Shown here in pieces: positions 24,611 to 35,743 of a DNA stretch of 64,000 nt. The notes beneath the pieces were generated by a model that did no database searches, was not told where the DNA came from, and saw only the letters and a program-made list of their open reading frames with translations. Location of the stretch: NCBI RefSeq assembly GCF_964204865.1, contig NC_135261.1:8122001-8186000 (forward strand), given 5' to 3'. Position numbers and translations under genes: made by a program. Origin of the DNA: Styela clava (lineage: Eukaryota). The first letter of the stretch is position 1, and every line of letters starts with the position of its first letter.

Positions 24611-26809
24611 CCTTACAGTATTCAGAGAGAATTCAGCGGAATTTAAAGACGTAGCTTCCTAGCGATTGCGTCCATCTTTAAGTACTTAACATTAGGAATT
24701 GATTGACCCATTAATTACGAAGAGAAGCGATTTTTCCAATCACCACAACAAAAATTAAAAGCAAGCCGGTAGGCGCCCAGGATCTCCGCTGATAACTTTT
24801 TCCCCGGCGGAGGGTATCGTTCTCGGAATTTTCAGTATTTTTACCTGGCATAGTGTAACATATATATCTGCTATCCACAGTCCACGAATATCCGATATAA
24901 AATCGTTTTCCCTGATTTCGAGCTGATTCTATCTTATCCTGCAACTGATTAGGTTCACACTGATATATAGATCTACATTCCGTACATGAATGAGCTTCAA
25001 ATGTTGGAAAATATGTCGGAAGTTTCCGAATTGCGTCTAGTAATCTATATGAATATATAAGAATTAAAAACATGAGTACGGATGTCAGAGTGCCACCTAT
25101 TGGCAAAGAGAAATCGAGAACTACCACAAGTAAACCTCGTCTTATAAATATACCCAGAGTGTGTCCTATGCGTATTACGATAAATGGAACTTTTTCCAGT
25201 GACAATTTAGCAAGAAAATTTTTCAGCAAAAGAAGGCCTCACTCGAAATTTTTTTACGACCTATTTGTATGGTATGACGATCGAAGGTAACTTAAACGGT
25301 GCCAATTTGGTATGCGTTCAAACTCATAAAGTCATTCTTATAGAATTCAGTTTCTGTCCCTAGCAAAATCACTTAGATTGCATACCAATGTAGCACCACA
25401 TAAACTTCACAGTGGATTATGTATCCAGAATGATTGTATTTGGCGGCCGCGCGCTCCAGTATCTGCGAGGTTGTGGATAATAAGCAATATTGCAAATTTG
25501 GCTAAAAATGGACTGATGTTGCGTGTATTGACCAGATAGATATAATTCTTTGAATTATCGTGGTCCATTTCTCCTTCAAGACCAATTTGATAAGCAGTAA
25601 CGACCTAAGCAAGTATGCAAGACTGTCAAGTGAATAAATCAAATGCTGCTCACCTCGTTCGTAGCATTTTTTATCATGTTTGAAGGCTTTTGCTTAAAAA
25701 TACCTACATCTAACTTTAACATCAATTTCTTCTTTCATAGTTGCATAGAGTTGTATTTATTTCAAGGCCTAGTAGTCCTCCAAATTCACCATTTATTATC
25801 ACATGATTTCAGTAATTTTGTGACCTTCTGACCTGAATTGTATTTGTTTTATCTTGATCTTCTGTGATGTCATAAATCACTGTTAGTTATAATATGCTTT
25901 CGTATTCGAGTATATGACAAACACGAAAGTTGTAGGCTACTTTACCAGAGTAACAATTCAAATATAATATTTTGGTACTTCTATTCACTCATTAACATAC
26001 TATCTATGCGCCATGATTTAAAACAGTTTATGACATTTCTTCCGAAAATAAAATTATTGTTGGTGATATATTATTTAATAAACAGTGTTTATATATTTCC
26101 ACATTTGATGAAAAGCTGGTGTCTCGACGGGTTATCATCAAGATACCTAGACGAGTTGCTATGAACAAATGAAGACCCGGGACTTACAGAAACACAGTTT
26201 TTATTAGGTAATGCATGAAGCATAAGAGTAAAGTAAAATATAATTGTACAGTCTTACATTGGGGGGAATTCCGTATTGACAATAGCACGATGTACTCGCA
26301 ACAAATACACATGAACGGGAAAAATTCCAATATATCTGCTTTTGTTGAACACGAAATGGACTTATGGTTCGTTTTGGTATTTGTTGTTGTTCTTCTTCAT
26401 GTTGTTACAAGTTACCTTATGAAAAAATGCGCGTTTTCCATTCACTAATGGACCAATTGCTTTAAAATTTCGAGTGGTTGAAGAATGTATTTTCCGCTAG
26501 AAGACTTTAATTTATTCTTCATTTTTCTATGAATCCTTTGAGTTCTGCTTTTCATCCAAAATTACTTTATATTCTAGAAAGTTTCATGGCCACAAAATGC
26601 TTACAACAAAGTTGTCATTGGCGCGAGTTGATTTATCTTTAGCTCGCTACAGATATTCAGTCTTCAAAGTATCAGTTTCCGTATCATTCACTTGAGCATC
26701 ATTTCCGGATGATGCTGTGATGCATGTCATAACCCTGTACAAAAATTCACATTCTCTACTCAAGCCGTAGGGCTTTACTGTTACAGCCGATAAGTCAGAC
26801 TGCGGAGAA

Positions 26810-27781
26810 ATGGAGATACCGGTTATAAATATTGCAAAAATACTTTCTTTGAGATCGGAAAACGAATCCAATATCGGGTATTCCGATTCAGTAAAAGTAG
26901 GTGAAAAATTAGTCAAATCATTTTCAACTCATGGATTTGCATTAGTCGAAAATCACGGAATTCCTAAAGAAAATATTGATGAAATTCGCTCTTTATCTTA
27001 CAAGTTTTTCGCATGTGACTTGGATTATAAAATGAAGTTTCTCTCTAAAAGTGGAACCACGTTATGTTATGATCCGGTTGGAAGTCAATTTGCTACACCT
27101 GGACGACCTTTTGATTATCATGAATGCTTTCGTGTGCCGTCATGTGCTTATGATTGCGACTGGCCAAATATTAAGGAACTGAAAACAAAATGTCAACAAT
27201 TTGAAAAAGTGTGTAACAAGTTGCTTCTTCGTCTGCTCACATCTATTGGTCAAGGAATGGGTTTGAAAGATTCTCAATTATTCCTCAGGTATCACAAAAA
27301 AATTGGACACAGTACCAATACGACCAGACTAAAATTTGTTCATTACCCTCCAATACCTGATGACGTTGTAATTCAAGAATACCAGCTTCGAGTTGGGGAA
27401 CATACTGATATCGGCTCCCTGACCATTTTATTTCCGGACGGTGTTGGTGGCCTACAGATAAAAAGAAGGGATGGAAGTTTTATGGATGTACCTTACATTC
27501 CTGGAACCGCCATTGTCAACGTTGGTGACATGCTACAGTACTGTAGTGGAAAGAGATTGAAGTCCACCGTCCATCGAGTAGTCATACCAGAAGAAACAAC
27601 TAATCGAGCAATCTCCAAACTGACAGTTGGATATTTCGGTTGCATGGACAATGAGGCCGAGCTCAGAAAAGTGGAATTCAACGATGCGGAACTCGACAGT
27701 GAAACCACGAAATCGATGGATTTCATCAAAGCGGGTGATTTCTTCAACAAGCGATTCAACGGTTTTGTGAACTACGAATAA
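26810..27781 (+). CDS. 2-oxoglutarate/Fe(II)-dependent dioxygenase (DIOX_N + 2OG-FeII_Oxy, IPNS-like), 323 aa, intronless CDS
   Basis: IPVINI start, GFALVENHGI, KFF, DYHE, HYPP, facial triad HTD (GEHTDIGSLT) plus H (STVHRV), GGLQI and VNVGDMLQ. Confidence 0.93.
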   Translation: MEIPVINIAKILSLRSENESNIGYSDSVKVGEKLVKSFSTHGFALVENHGIPKENIDEIRSLSYKFFACDLDYKMKFLSKSGTTLCYDPVGSQFATPGRPFDYHECFRVPSCAYDCDWPNIKELKTKCQQFEKVCNKLLLRLLTSIGQGMGLKDSQLFLRYHKKIGHSTNTTRLKFVHYPPIPDDVVIQEYQLRVGEHTDIGSLTILFPDGVGGLQIKRRDGSFMDVPYIPGTAIVNVGDMLQYCSGKRLKSTVHRVVIPEETTNRAISKLTVGYFGCMDNEAELRKVEFNDAELDSETTKSMDFIKAGDFFNKRFNGFVNYE

Positions 27782-28084
27782 TTGGGTTCTACAGCTAAGA
27801 GAGATGCAAAAATGCAGATTGATCAGGACTTTTGTATTCGTGTGATGCACTCACTACTCTATAAATCCATCCAAAATACGTGAACTATAACTTTCTTTGA
27901 TTTTTGAGCTCAAGAAAGCTTTGCAACTTCAGATCCCTACTACTTTTTTAAGGGGTTTCAAAGTTTTTTAAAGAAGGATTAGCAATTTTTTACGAAAAAT
28001 TAAAATTTTAACAAACATATACTCGTGAATGGAAAAAAAATAATTTCTGTTGTTCAACAAAATTTAATTATCATAAACAGCCTA

Positions 28085-28560
28085 CAGAAAAGTTGTCATT
28101 GTCGCGAGTTGTTCGTTATAAATTTTTAGTCATACAACATTTCATTATCAATCACTTAGACATCATTTCCGGAAGAATTTGTAACGCAAACAACGTATCA
28201 ATTATGATGTTGCTACTGTATAAGATAGGCCATAGTACAAATTCTACTTTTAGAGACTTTCCGCCCGACCTCGAAATAGAAATACTAGACTTAGACTGAT
28301 TTTGGAGAATTATCAATTCAAATATTGCATGAAGTCTTGTTGATTTCTTCGTCATTGGATTCAATGGCTATGTGTACTGTGAATAATTGTGTTTTTGATT
28401 AATGTTTGACTGATTTTATCTGAAACTAATTTAGGATGTAGTCAGAAATGTAGATTGGTCACGACATTTATATTCCTTTGATGTACCTACCCCTTGATAT
28501 CCATTTAAAATTTGTGAACTATAACTTGCATTGATTTTCGAGTTTAAAAACGACTTCCAG
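28085..28560 (+). pseudogene. Collapsed tandem duplicate of the 2OG dioxygenase locus
   Basis: Repeats the gene's upstream flank (AAAGTTGTCATTG.CGCGAGTTG, CATCATTTCCGGA), a coding scrap YKIGHSTNST (gene: HKKIGHSTNTT), the C-terminal TGATTTCTTC...GATTCAA.GG...TGTG block and the 3' flank GTGAACTATAACTT; most of the CDS is deleted. Confidence 0.7.
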
Positions 28561-28794
28561 CGATTTCAAACCGCCATTTATATATTCAAAAAAAGCGAAA
28601 GTGGTTCAGGAGAGAATCAGTAGGCTAATCGGTACCAATTTTTTATGTAAAGAAACAAGCTGAAATGTTATTGAATAAATAGATTCAAAAGCCAATGCCG
28701 CATTGGTAATCATCCATTAGCCCATGAGGCAATTGGACTGATAAAAATTCAGTATAATTAGTAATTAGGCGTGAATCACTGATACTGATTGGAT

Positions 28795-28997
28795 GGTGAC
28801 CGTACATTTGAACCCATGTACATTTGAACCCATGCGTATATCCACGGGTTCAATCTATATGCGGGTGCTAAAACCCATGGGTTAGGGTTAGTATGGGTTC
28901 AACTATCCGTGAAACAAAAAAAATTCCATAGGTGCAATAGCATACAGGTGCAATTGTCATGGGTTCAAATGTACGTGGGTTCAAATGTAATGGAAAC
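28795..28997. mobile_element. MITE with 9-11 bp TSD (MULE/Merlin-type)
   Basis: Arms built from tandem TACATTTGAACCCA units and their inverse TGGGTTCAAATGTA; internal GGGTTAGGGTTAG; perfect flanking direct repeat (AC)TGATTGGAT at 28784-28794 and 28996-29006. Confidence 0.8.
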
Positions 28998-29532
28998 TGA
29001 TTGGATAAAAAGGGACTATTCTTGTTTACTAATAAGAATTGATTGTCTCAAACCGTTCATGAAAACTAGCATTTTAGCACGACATGCTAACTGGACAGCA
29101 GTCTTAGACAAATAAGTTTTTTCACGCTGCACTACACTACTTTGATTGATATTCATTTTATGGATGACAACACCCTCACACGTCACAACTCTCAGAGTTT
29201 TTCAAGTAATTGGCCAAATTAATCATTTTAAACCTCGGACCACATTTGCGCAAAATTTCAGGCTTCGTCTTAGCGTGCATATACGTTCGACAGCCTCTGG
29301 TTATGATTCCTTTGTGACGCTTCGATTACTTTCTTCGCCCTCATATTGCAAACGTGAAAAAAACGGAAACTAACTGGCGGCTAACTGAACCATCATACAA
29401 CGATTTTGCGGCATTTGCAGGGAGACACAAATTCGCGCGTCATTTTCAACACTATTTTGGCCACTTTTTCGTGGGCGATTTACCGATAGGTCGACGTTTT
29501 TGGCGTGACTATTACCAATCCTTCCTCCAGCG

Positions 29533-30025
29533 CAGGGCTGCTCAACTGGCGGACCGCGGTCCGAATACGGACATTTTAAGTATTTGATTCGGACCTCATC
29601 TCAATTCTATATTTTAAAGCACTGCCCTGTTAAGTTAGGATATGTATAGATTTTCTTCCATTAAATTCCTTTTTTTTTTCAATATTTTTGGAACTTATGT
29701 TAATTATTTGCTCATATTGACAATTATAAGAAAAAAAAACTGTGACGACTGTGACGCCGTAACATTTAGAATGGCGTTGTCTGGATCAAAGTGGTCTGGA
29801 TTAGCGAACAACCACTAGCCGGAAACTACCGGTGCGTTTTAAGTTTTTGCATTCACCCAGTTTTTCGTGAATCGGTTTTCTGTTTACTTTCTAATCTCAA
29901 TGTTGAACGCACTGAAAAATAAATATGGAGGCGCCACGTACAATATTATGTTCTGGAAAGACCAGATCCCAATAATTCTAAAGTTTTGTATAGGGATTTT
30001 CGGCGAAAATAGTTGAGTAGCCCTG
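29533..30025. mobile_element. hAT-type MITE (~490 bp)
   Basis: TIRs CAGGGCTGCTCAAC / GTTGAGTAGCCCTG; GCGGACCGCGGTCCG subterminal palindrome; TSD degenerate. Confidence 0.7.
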
Positions 30026-30158
30026 ACTAGCGAACCAATCAAGATTGCGCGTTGTATAGCTTGGAGAACTTCGACAGAAAAGTCTCTGCAGAGCTTCTAT
30101 AAGATGTCATTAGTACTATTAGCCGTTGTACATGCCTTTGGAGTTAAACCCTTGAAAG

Positions 30159-31021
30159 CAGGGGTGCACAACCTTTCTGCTATTGGCGGCCACATTGCAT
30201 TTATTTGTATTCAATACGGCCACCAGGGGTTTGATGAGCGTTTTTTGCTTTTATGACGTCATAACCGCGTATTCGACCCATGCGAGGTGCAGTCTGCACA
30301 ATTATGAAGTATGTAGGACTACTTGGAAGTATAATATTCGCATTATAAACGGATTTTTTTTATTTCGGGGGACCTATTCTTGAGCAGATACATTGTAGCA
30401 AGTTGCATAATGGTTGCACAATTTTGAAAAAAAATCGAAAGTCGGATAAGGGGGAGGGGTGGTCTTCCCCACTTTCTTGTCCCCAAGAGTATAATAAAAT
30501 GTCAAATATTTTAATGAATTTATTGGACACGTAGTGGATCGTTTCAATATTATGTTGATCTTGTTGTTTGATACAGAATACCACACCTAGTGGAAATATT
30601 AAAAAACCGCTTTTCTCTTCGAATACTGGACCAATTGCTTTGAAAATTTCAGTGGTTGAAGATGAAATTTTTCCCCAGAAGGCTATTACTTTTACTCATT
30701 TTAAATATTTCTGTTAGCTCTGAGAGATCTGTTTTTGTTTGCTATGACGTCATTAAACGTTCTGCGGGCATCGGACGCCATTTTGTGTCCTACTAGTCTG
30801 TACTGCTTCGCTTGGTGTGAATATATTTGTAGACTGACGGCACGGTAAACCGTACTGCGAACAGACGTGTCCATATATTTGGGCGTAGCTCTCTTGTTCT
30901 ATACAAGTTTGCAAAGCATAACCGCCAAATCCTCTATTCTGAACTTTTATTTTGTTTATAGGATTTTGTAGGTGTACGGCCGCACTATTTTTTCACGACG
31001 GCCGCAGGTTGTGCACCGTTG
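30159..31021. mobile_element. hAT MITE carrying a nested copy of the HINE-like repeat
   Basis: TIRs CAGGGGTGCACAACCT / AGGTTGTGCACCGTTG, 8-bp TSD CTTGAAAG / CTTGAAAT; internal 30510-30900 is homologous to the repeat family at 11590-12290. Confidence 0.8.
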
Positions 31022-31676
31022 CTTGAAATGCATGAATAAGCGTCGTATTGAAAAACAAATTGACACACCTCCAAAATTTTGGACTGGCTCCATCCTTGCC
31101 TATGAAGACTCTCTATAGCAGTGGTTGTCAAATTTTTTGAGCCGCGCCCCTATTTAGAATTTATCAAGTATTTATCCCAGGGCAGAGGAAAGTCGGTAAG
31201 CCGGCTTAACCATATGGCGAACCACGGCCTCTCGTCCGGTTACCATTTCATGTCGGGTATGGGATAAGTTACAGTAGTTATTTGTTTTCGGAGGCATGGA
31301 CACAAATAGGTAGAATATTTTTGAAGTCACATATTATCGGAAGATGGTTTAAATATATGATGTAAATTTCTTTTTAACAATGATCCAAAGAGAAGTTGAT
31401 AAGCGTGAACTATTCTTGGTGAACATTTGTTTCACATGGAAAGTGACTCGGCAGTGTTGCGCATCGTGCTAAGCGTTAGGAAGCTGGTATTGATTACATT
31501 TCGTCTCATAATATTTAGAATCCATTCTCTTGCTAAAGTGAGCCAAATCATCAAAGGATAGAAATTGATGTTTAAAACATTGCAGACATTCAGTCAGACT
31601 TAGAATGTGAATTCATAGGCTCAAATCTTATTCCTATTATTAAGAGAATACTCAGATTAAAAATCTGTATTTATTT

Positions 31677-32993
31677 TCATGATACAGAATTGTATCGAAA
31701 CTTGTACAAATTTTTATCTGCACCTCCACTGAATATAATGTCATCATTACTCCAATCCAAACACATAACTTTATCTTGGTGTGCATTCACATCAAAAAGT
31801 GGAGTTTGCGGACTTCGTATATCCCATAATTTAACTGTATAATCGAGAGATCCAGACACTAGTTGATATTGATTACTGGGTGACCACTTTACACAGGTGA
31901 TCCATCCAGTATGTGAAGTTAGATTACATTTAATTAAAGATCCTTTAGAGAATATTTCATCTTTTCCTCGTGGATCCCAAATTCTGATATGCCGATCCGA
32001 ACTTCCGGTCGCAAGTAGATTACTATGAAAAGAGTAGTCACATGCTAAGAATACTTTTGCTCCACGCAAGTTTAATTTTTCTTTACCCTCATTTATGTCC
32101 CAAACATTGATTGTATGATCCCAAGACACACTGCATAAATCGGAAGATGATAACCATACAAGTGATGACACTGCTTCTCGGTGACCTGCTAATGTCGATT
32201 TTGGAACTCTAGTAACACCACGCTGCTCTATACGCTGACGTTTTTTCTTGTTTCTTGCTTTTCGAAAATCTTCTGGCTCATTTGAGTCATCTTGTGGAAC
32301 AGGAGATGTCGACCATAATTTTATTGAACTGTCCCACGAACCGGTAGCAAAGGCTTCCATTTCAGGATGAACTGACACGCAATCAACACTTTTAGAATGC
32401 CCCCGGCAGCAAAATAAAGGTTTTATAGTTTCTTCACCTTTTTCCCATTGCCATAAAATGGCACTTTGGTCCTGGGATGAGCTTATCAAATAAGCAGTCT
32501 TATCATTATTGACACGATTTACCCATGATACTGCCTTTACAGGTTCTGTATGACCGAAACCATATATACAAGGTTTTGAACTATCCATATTCCAAATTGA
32601 TACAGTGCAATCATACGATCCTGTCAAAATGAATTCTTTTGTACTTTGTACACTGCTAATCCAATCATCCTGTGTAAATTGATCTTCTGGTTTCGGACTT
32701 TCTTGTTTCAAAATGTATTCAATTTCCACAACCTTTTCTGTCGATATACCTTTATTCTCGATGTATTGGTTAAGTGGAATTCTCAAAAACTCTCCATTCA
32801 CAAGAAAATCAAATTCCATATTTTGATATTCATTTTCATCATCTATCGCATCTTTGACTCCTTCCTTCAAAACTTTATTTACGAGATTTGTTAATTCTGT
32901 AACAGTTACTTCTCCCGGCAGTTCAAACATGGTATCTGCAATCTTATATTTCTCATCCTGAGTTACAAGCTTAGCTTGAATATGATCCGCCAT
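31677..32993 (-). CDS. WDR12: Ribosome biogenesis protein WDR12 (Ytm1 homologue), 438 aa, intronless CDS
   Basis: N-terminal NLE/UBL domain (EFDFLVNGEFLRIPL...ISTEKVVEIEY), then DDWISSV, GSYD, CRGHSKSVDCV, FATGSWD, basic KKKRQ loop, TRVPKSTLAGHREAVS, SWDHTI, IRIWDPR, SHTGWI, LWDIRS, HQDKV, SGGAD. Confidence 0.96.
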   Translation of the reverse strand: MADHIQAKLVTQDEKYKIADTMFELPGEVTVTELTNLVNKVLKEGVKDAIDDENEYQNMEFDFLVNGEFLRIPLNQYIENKGISTEKVVEIEYILKQESPKPEDQFTQDDWISSVQSTKEFILTGSYDCTVSIWNMDSSKPCIYGFGHTEPVKAVSWVNRVNNDKTAYLISSSQDQSAILWQWEKGEETIKPLFCCRGHSKSVDCVSVHPEMEAFATGSWDSSIKLWSTSPVPQDDSNEPEDFRKARNKKKRQRIEQRGVTRVPKSTLAGHREAVSSLVWLSSSDLCSVSWDHTINVWDINEGKEKLNLRGAKVFLACDYSFHSNLLATGSSDRHIRIWDPRGKDEIFSKGSLIKCNLTSHTGWITCVKWSPSNQYQLVSGSLDYTVKLWDIRSPQTPLFDVNAHQDKVMCLDWSNDDIIFSGGADKNLYKFRYNSVS

Positions 32994-33493
32994 ATTGTTA
33001 GGTATCTTTTAAAACAAAATATTATTAACACATTATTACATAAAGAGTACATGTGAATGAGGCTCTTTGACACACGATTTACGTTCGTTCATTCACTGAA
33101 TATGCAGAAAAAATGTGAATCACATCATAAAAAATATTGTTTTTTATACAGTGATTTCATGCGTCCACCCCAAACGCTCTATAGATACATTGATATCTGG
33201 ATATGCAAGACATATTGTTTTATTTCTGGTTCAGCATTGCCAAGCAAATTAATACACCCCAGGCAGCCGGGATAAATGGTGGACAAGAGGCTTGTACCTG
33301 TGATCATGAAAATGTGATGTTAACATAGTTAATTACAACGCTTCATCCTTTGCATTAGAATATAATAAGAAACATGAATTATTCAACATTGGCCTATGTC
33401 TGTATGTATTACATATAATCGGATGAAGGCAACCAAACCCAAAATAATGGGTCTCGTGTAGTTTCATACCATAACTAACTTGTAAAGATTTTT

Positions 33494-34586
33494 GGGGTCT
33501 GGTATAGTTTAGTACAACATGTACTTCTAGTTGACCTGGCTCAACAATTTTTGCATATGTCAATCCTAACCCCCAACTGACTACGTCACCGAAAAATTAC
33601 GTCATTTCGACGTCACAGTGGCGTAATAAGGCCCTCCGAAGCCAGTCTGGATTTCAGGGCCTTTTCGAACGAGAAATCGGGCGTGCAATCAGAAATTCCC
33701 GCGTGCAAATAAGAATTTCTGGCGTGCAAAACAACTGCGCCCGCTAAACTGATTTCGAACTAAGATGCCTCTCAATACATCCGCGTAAAAATAAGTTGGA
33801 TCATAGCAAAAATGGACGTTTGACCTTTGACCCCAAAACATCATTTCTATATTTTGTCACTAATTTTGAGAGTGTTTGTGCGACTTTAGATACCGGTACT
33901 GTTCAGTACATCCGTGTAAAATTATTGTATTAAAAATGCGCTGAATCAGAGCCATAACTGCCCAGCGTCGGTGAGGAGGCGATTTTTCTCACGGGATTCC
34001 TATCATTCAACACGATATGGTGATTTTTGCTTCGCATTTTTCGATCAGGCCAAATCTTGCAAGAAAGTATTAGTCGACAATTGTAAAGTTATAATTTTTT
34101 GGCATCTTTATATTACTAGATTATTGATTTAAAAACTATTTAAACCGATTTACATTGGTGAGCAATTGCAAATTTTCGGCGTGCAAAATTGAATTCGCTC
34201 GCGTGCATTTTTGTGGAGCGCTAGCGCCCTCGGGCGTGCATCTGCCATGAAATCCAGTCTGGCACCAAAGTACAGAAGTATGTGGATGGTCGTTTAAAAC
34301 GCGCAGACGATCACCCGAAATCGAGCAAGCAATTTCTCTCGTTTTCTCGCCACAACAATCACTATAGGAGAGAGATCGCCGGCTTTAGCAAGTTCGTTAT
34401 CGGCGGCGCAGATGTCATTTCGGGCGATCGTAATTATACTTTGGCAATCTCTATGACGTGATGGTGACGCCGTAGTGACGTAATTTTTGGATGGCATAGT
34501 CAGGTGGGGGTTAGGAATAGCATATGCAAAATTCGTTATGCTACGCCCACCGGAAGTACTTGTGGTACTAAACTATACTAGACCCC
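33494..34586. mobile_element. Long-TIR non-autonomous element with a nested second element (33641-34263)
   Basis: About 125-bp imperfect inverted arms (GGGGTCTGGTATAGTTTAGTAC... / ...GTACTAAACTATACTAGACCCC). Inner element has TIRs GCCAGTCTGGATTTCA / TGAAATCCAGTCTGGC and six GCGTGCA subterminal motifs. Confidence 0.75.
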
Positions 34587-35664
34587 AAAATACTACCGGT
34601 ACCGTAATTGGTATGCAGGTAATGTACCGGTACGGTACCGGTACCCGGTCATTTATTTTGGTTCTCTGACATAAACAATACAAAAAGTAAACAGACAAAA
34701 CAAAATGCAGAGATACCTGAGAGACTGGCATAACTTAAAAAGCGTACAATGTACGTGCCCGCCCACCAAAAAAGATGAAAACAAACACAGAAAAACGCGA
34801 TTTGCAATCGGGCAGTACTTTGAAAGCAATTTAACAAAAACAGCAATTGAAGCAATTGAACAATTGAAGTAAATAATTGAATGCAATAAACTTCTACCTT
34901 TTAAATTAAAATAGTGCTTTTCCTACAAAACATGGAATAAACCATTTTGCCTGCCTACGCCTTACGAAAGTCTGCACACGTGCTAGTTGTAGTAGTTCGA
35001 TTAACTTCAAAGTGACGGACAATGAAAACTAAAATACAGTGGTGTATGGAGTCGAGCATGCTTCTAATGGACGTTTTTGGATACAAAATAGAACTGTGGA
35101 TTGTTTTGTTCTTGGACACGAAATGGACCTATGGTCATGAATCGTTTTGTTGTTATATCATTTGTTTTGGAATATTCATTGGTTAAAGATTGGGTACTTC
35201 TGCAGTATGCGACAGGAGCACCAAAGTTTGTATTTTTCGCTAAAAGGTTATTACTTTTATTTATTTCGAAACTTTTTGTGGGCTCCATGGGATTCGATCA
35301 ATGCTGAGTTTGTATTTTTCGCTAGAAGGCTATTGCGTTTATTTATTTCCAAAAATTGTATGAAATTTATGATTTGTTTTTGTGTGCGATGAATTCATCA
35401 AAATTAAAAATTCCCATCTTGTGGCGGTTCCGCGTTCGTATAACAGCAAAGCGAATTCGTTGAAGACCCCGGTACTTGTAGTCTTTTGTAACCGGTATGT
35501 TAGTCGTTGTTTGTAACAGATGGCATAACCGTACTACTTCATGTCCATATATTTGTGCATTGCTCTTTTGTATCTCAACATAGTATAATTTGACAACAAA
35601 AAAGTAGAAACTACTGAAAATTTAACAAAAGTATAATTTAGTGTTTAATCTAAACTAAAAACTC

Positions 35665-35743
35665 GGCTCCACGGTATGATGCATCGCGCTAAGCGTTAGA
35701 AATACGCTCGCCACCACTCTAATTATCTTGCGTGGGTTCGAAT
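35665..35743 (+). mobile_element. tRNA-derived SINE head (truncated)
   Basis: Degenerate A box (TGATGCATCGCGCTAAGCG) and B box GGTTCGAAT at 35735-35743. Related heads at ~31450-31485 (+) and ~48080-48165 (-); related body fragments at 31170-31260 and 47895-47990. Confidence 0.55.

Noticed and set aside
24711-25570. 172-aa minus-strand ORF with hydrophobic stretches and upstream fragments (possible 7TM pseudogene)
   Set aside because: TTG start, stops and frameshifts upstream, no diagnostic GPCR motifs; cannot be supported as a gene.
34595-34650. Short ACCGGT/GGTACC repeats resembling an array
   Set aside because: Low-complexity palindromic motif scattered through the window; no repeat-spacer periodicity, eukaryotic context, no cas genes.
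35665-35743. tRNA gene (B box GGTTCGAAT)
   Set aside because: No cloverleaf or acceptor stem; related degenerate copies elsewhere indicate a SINE head.
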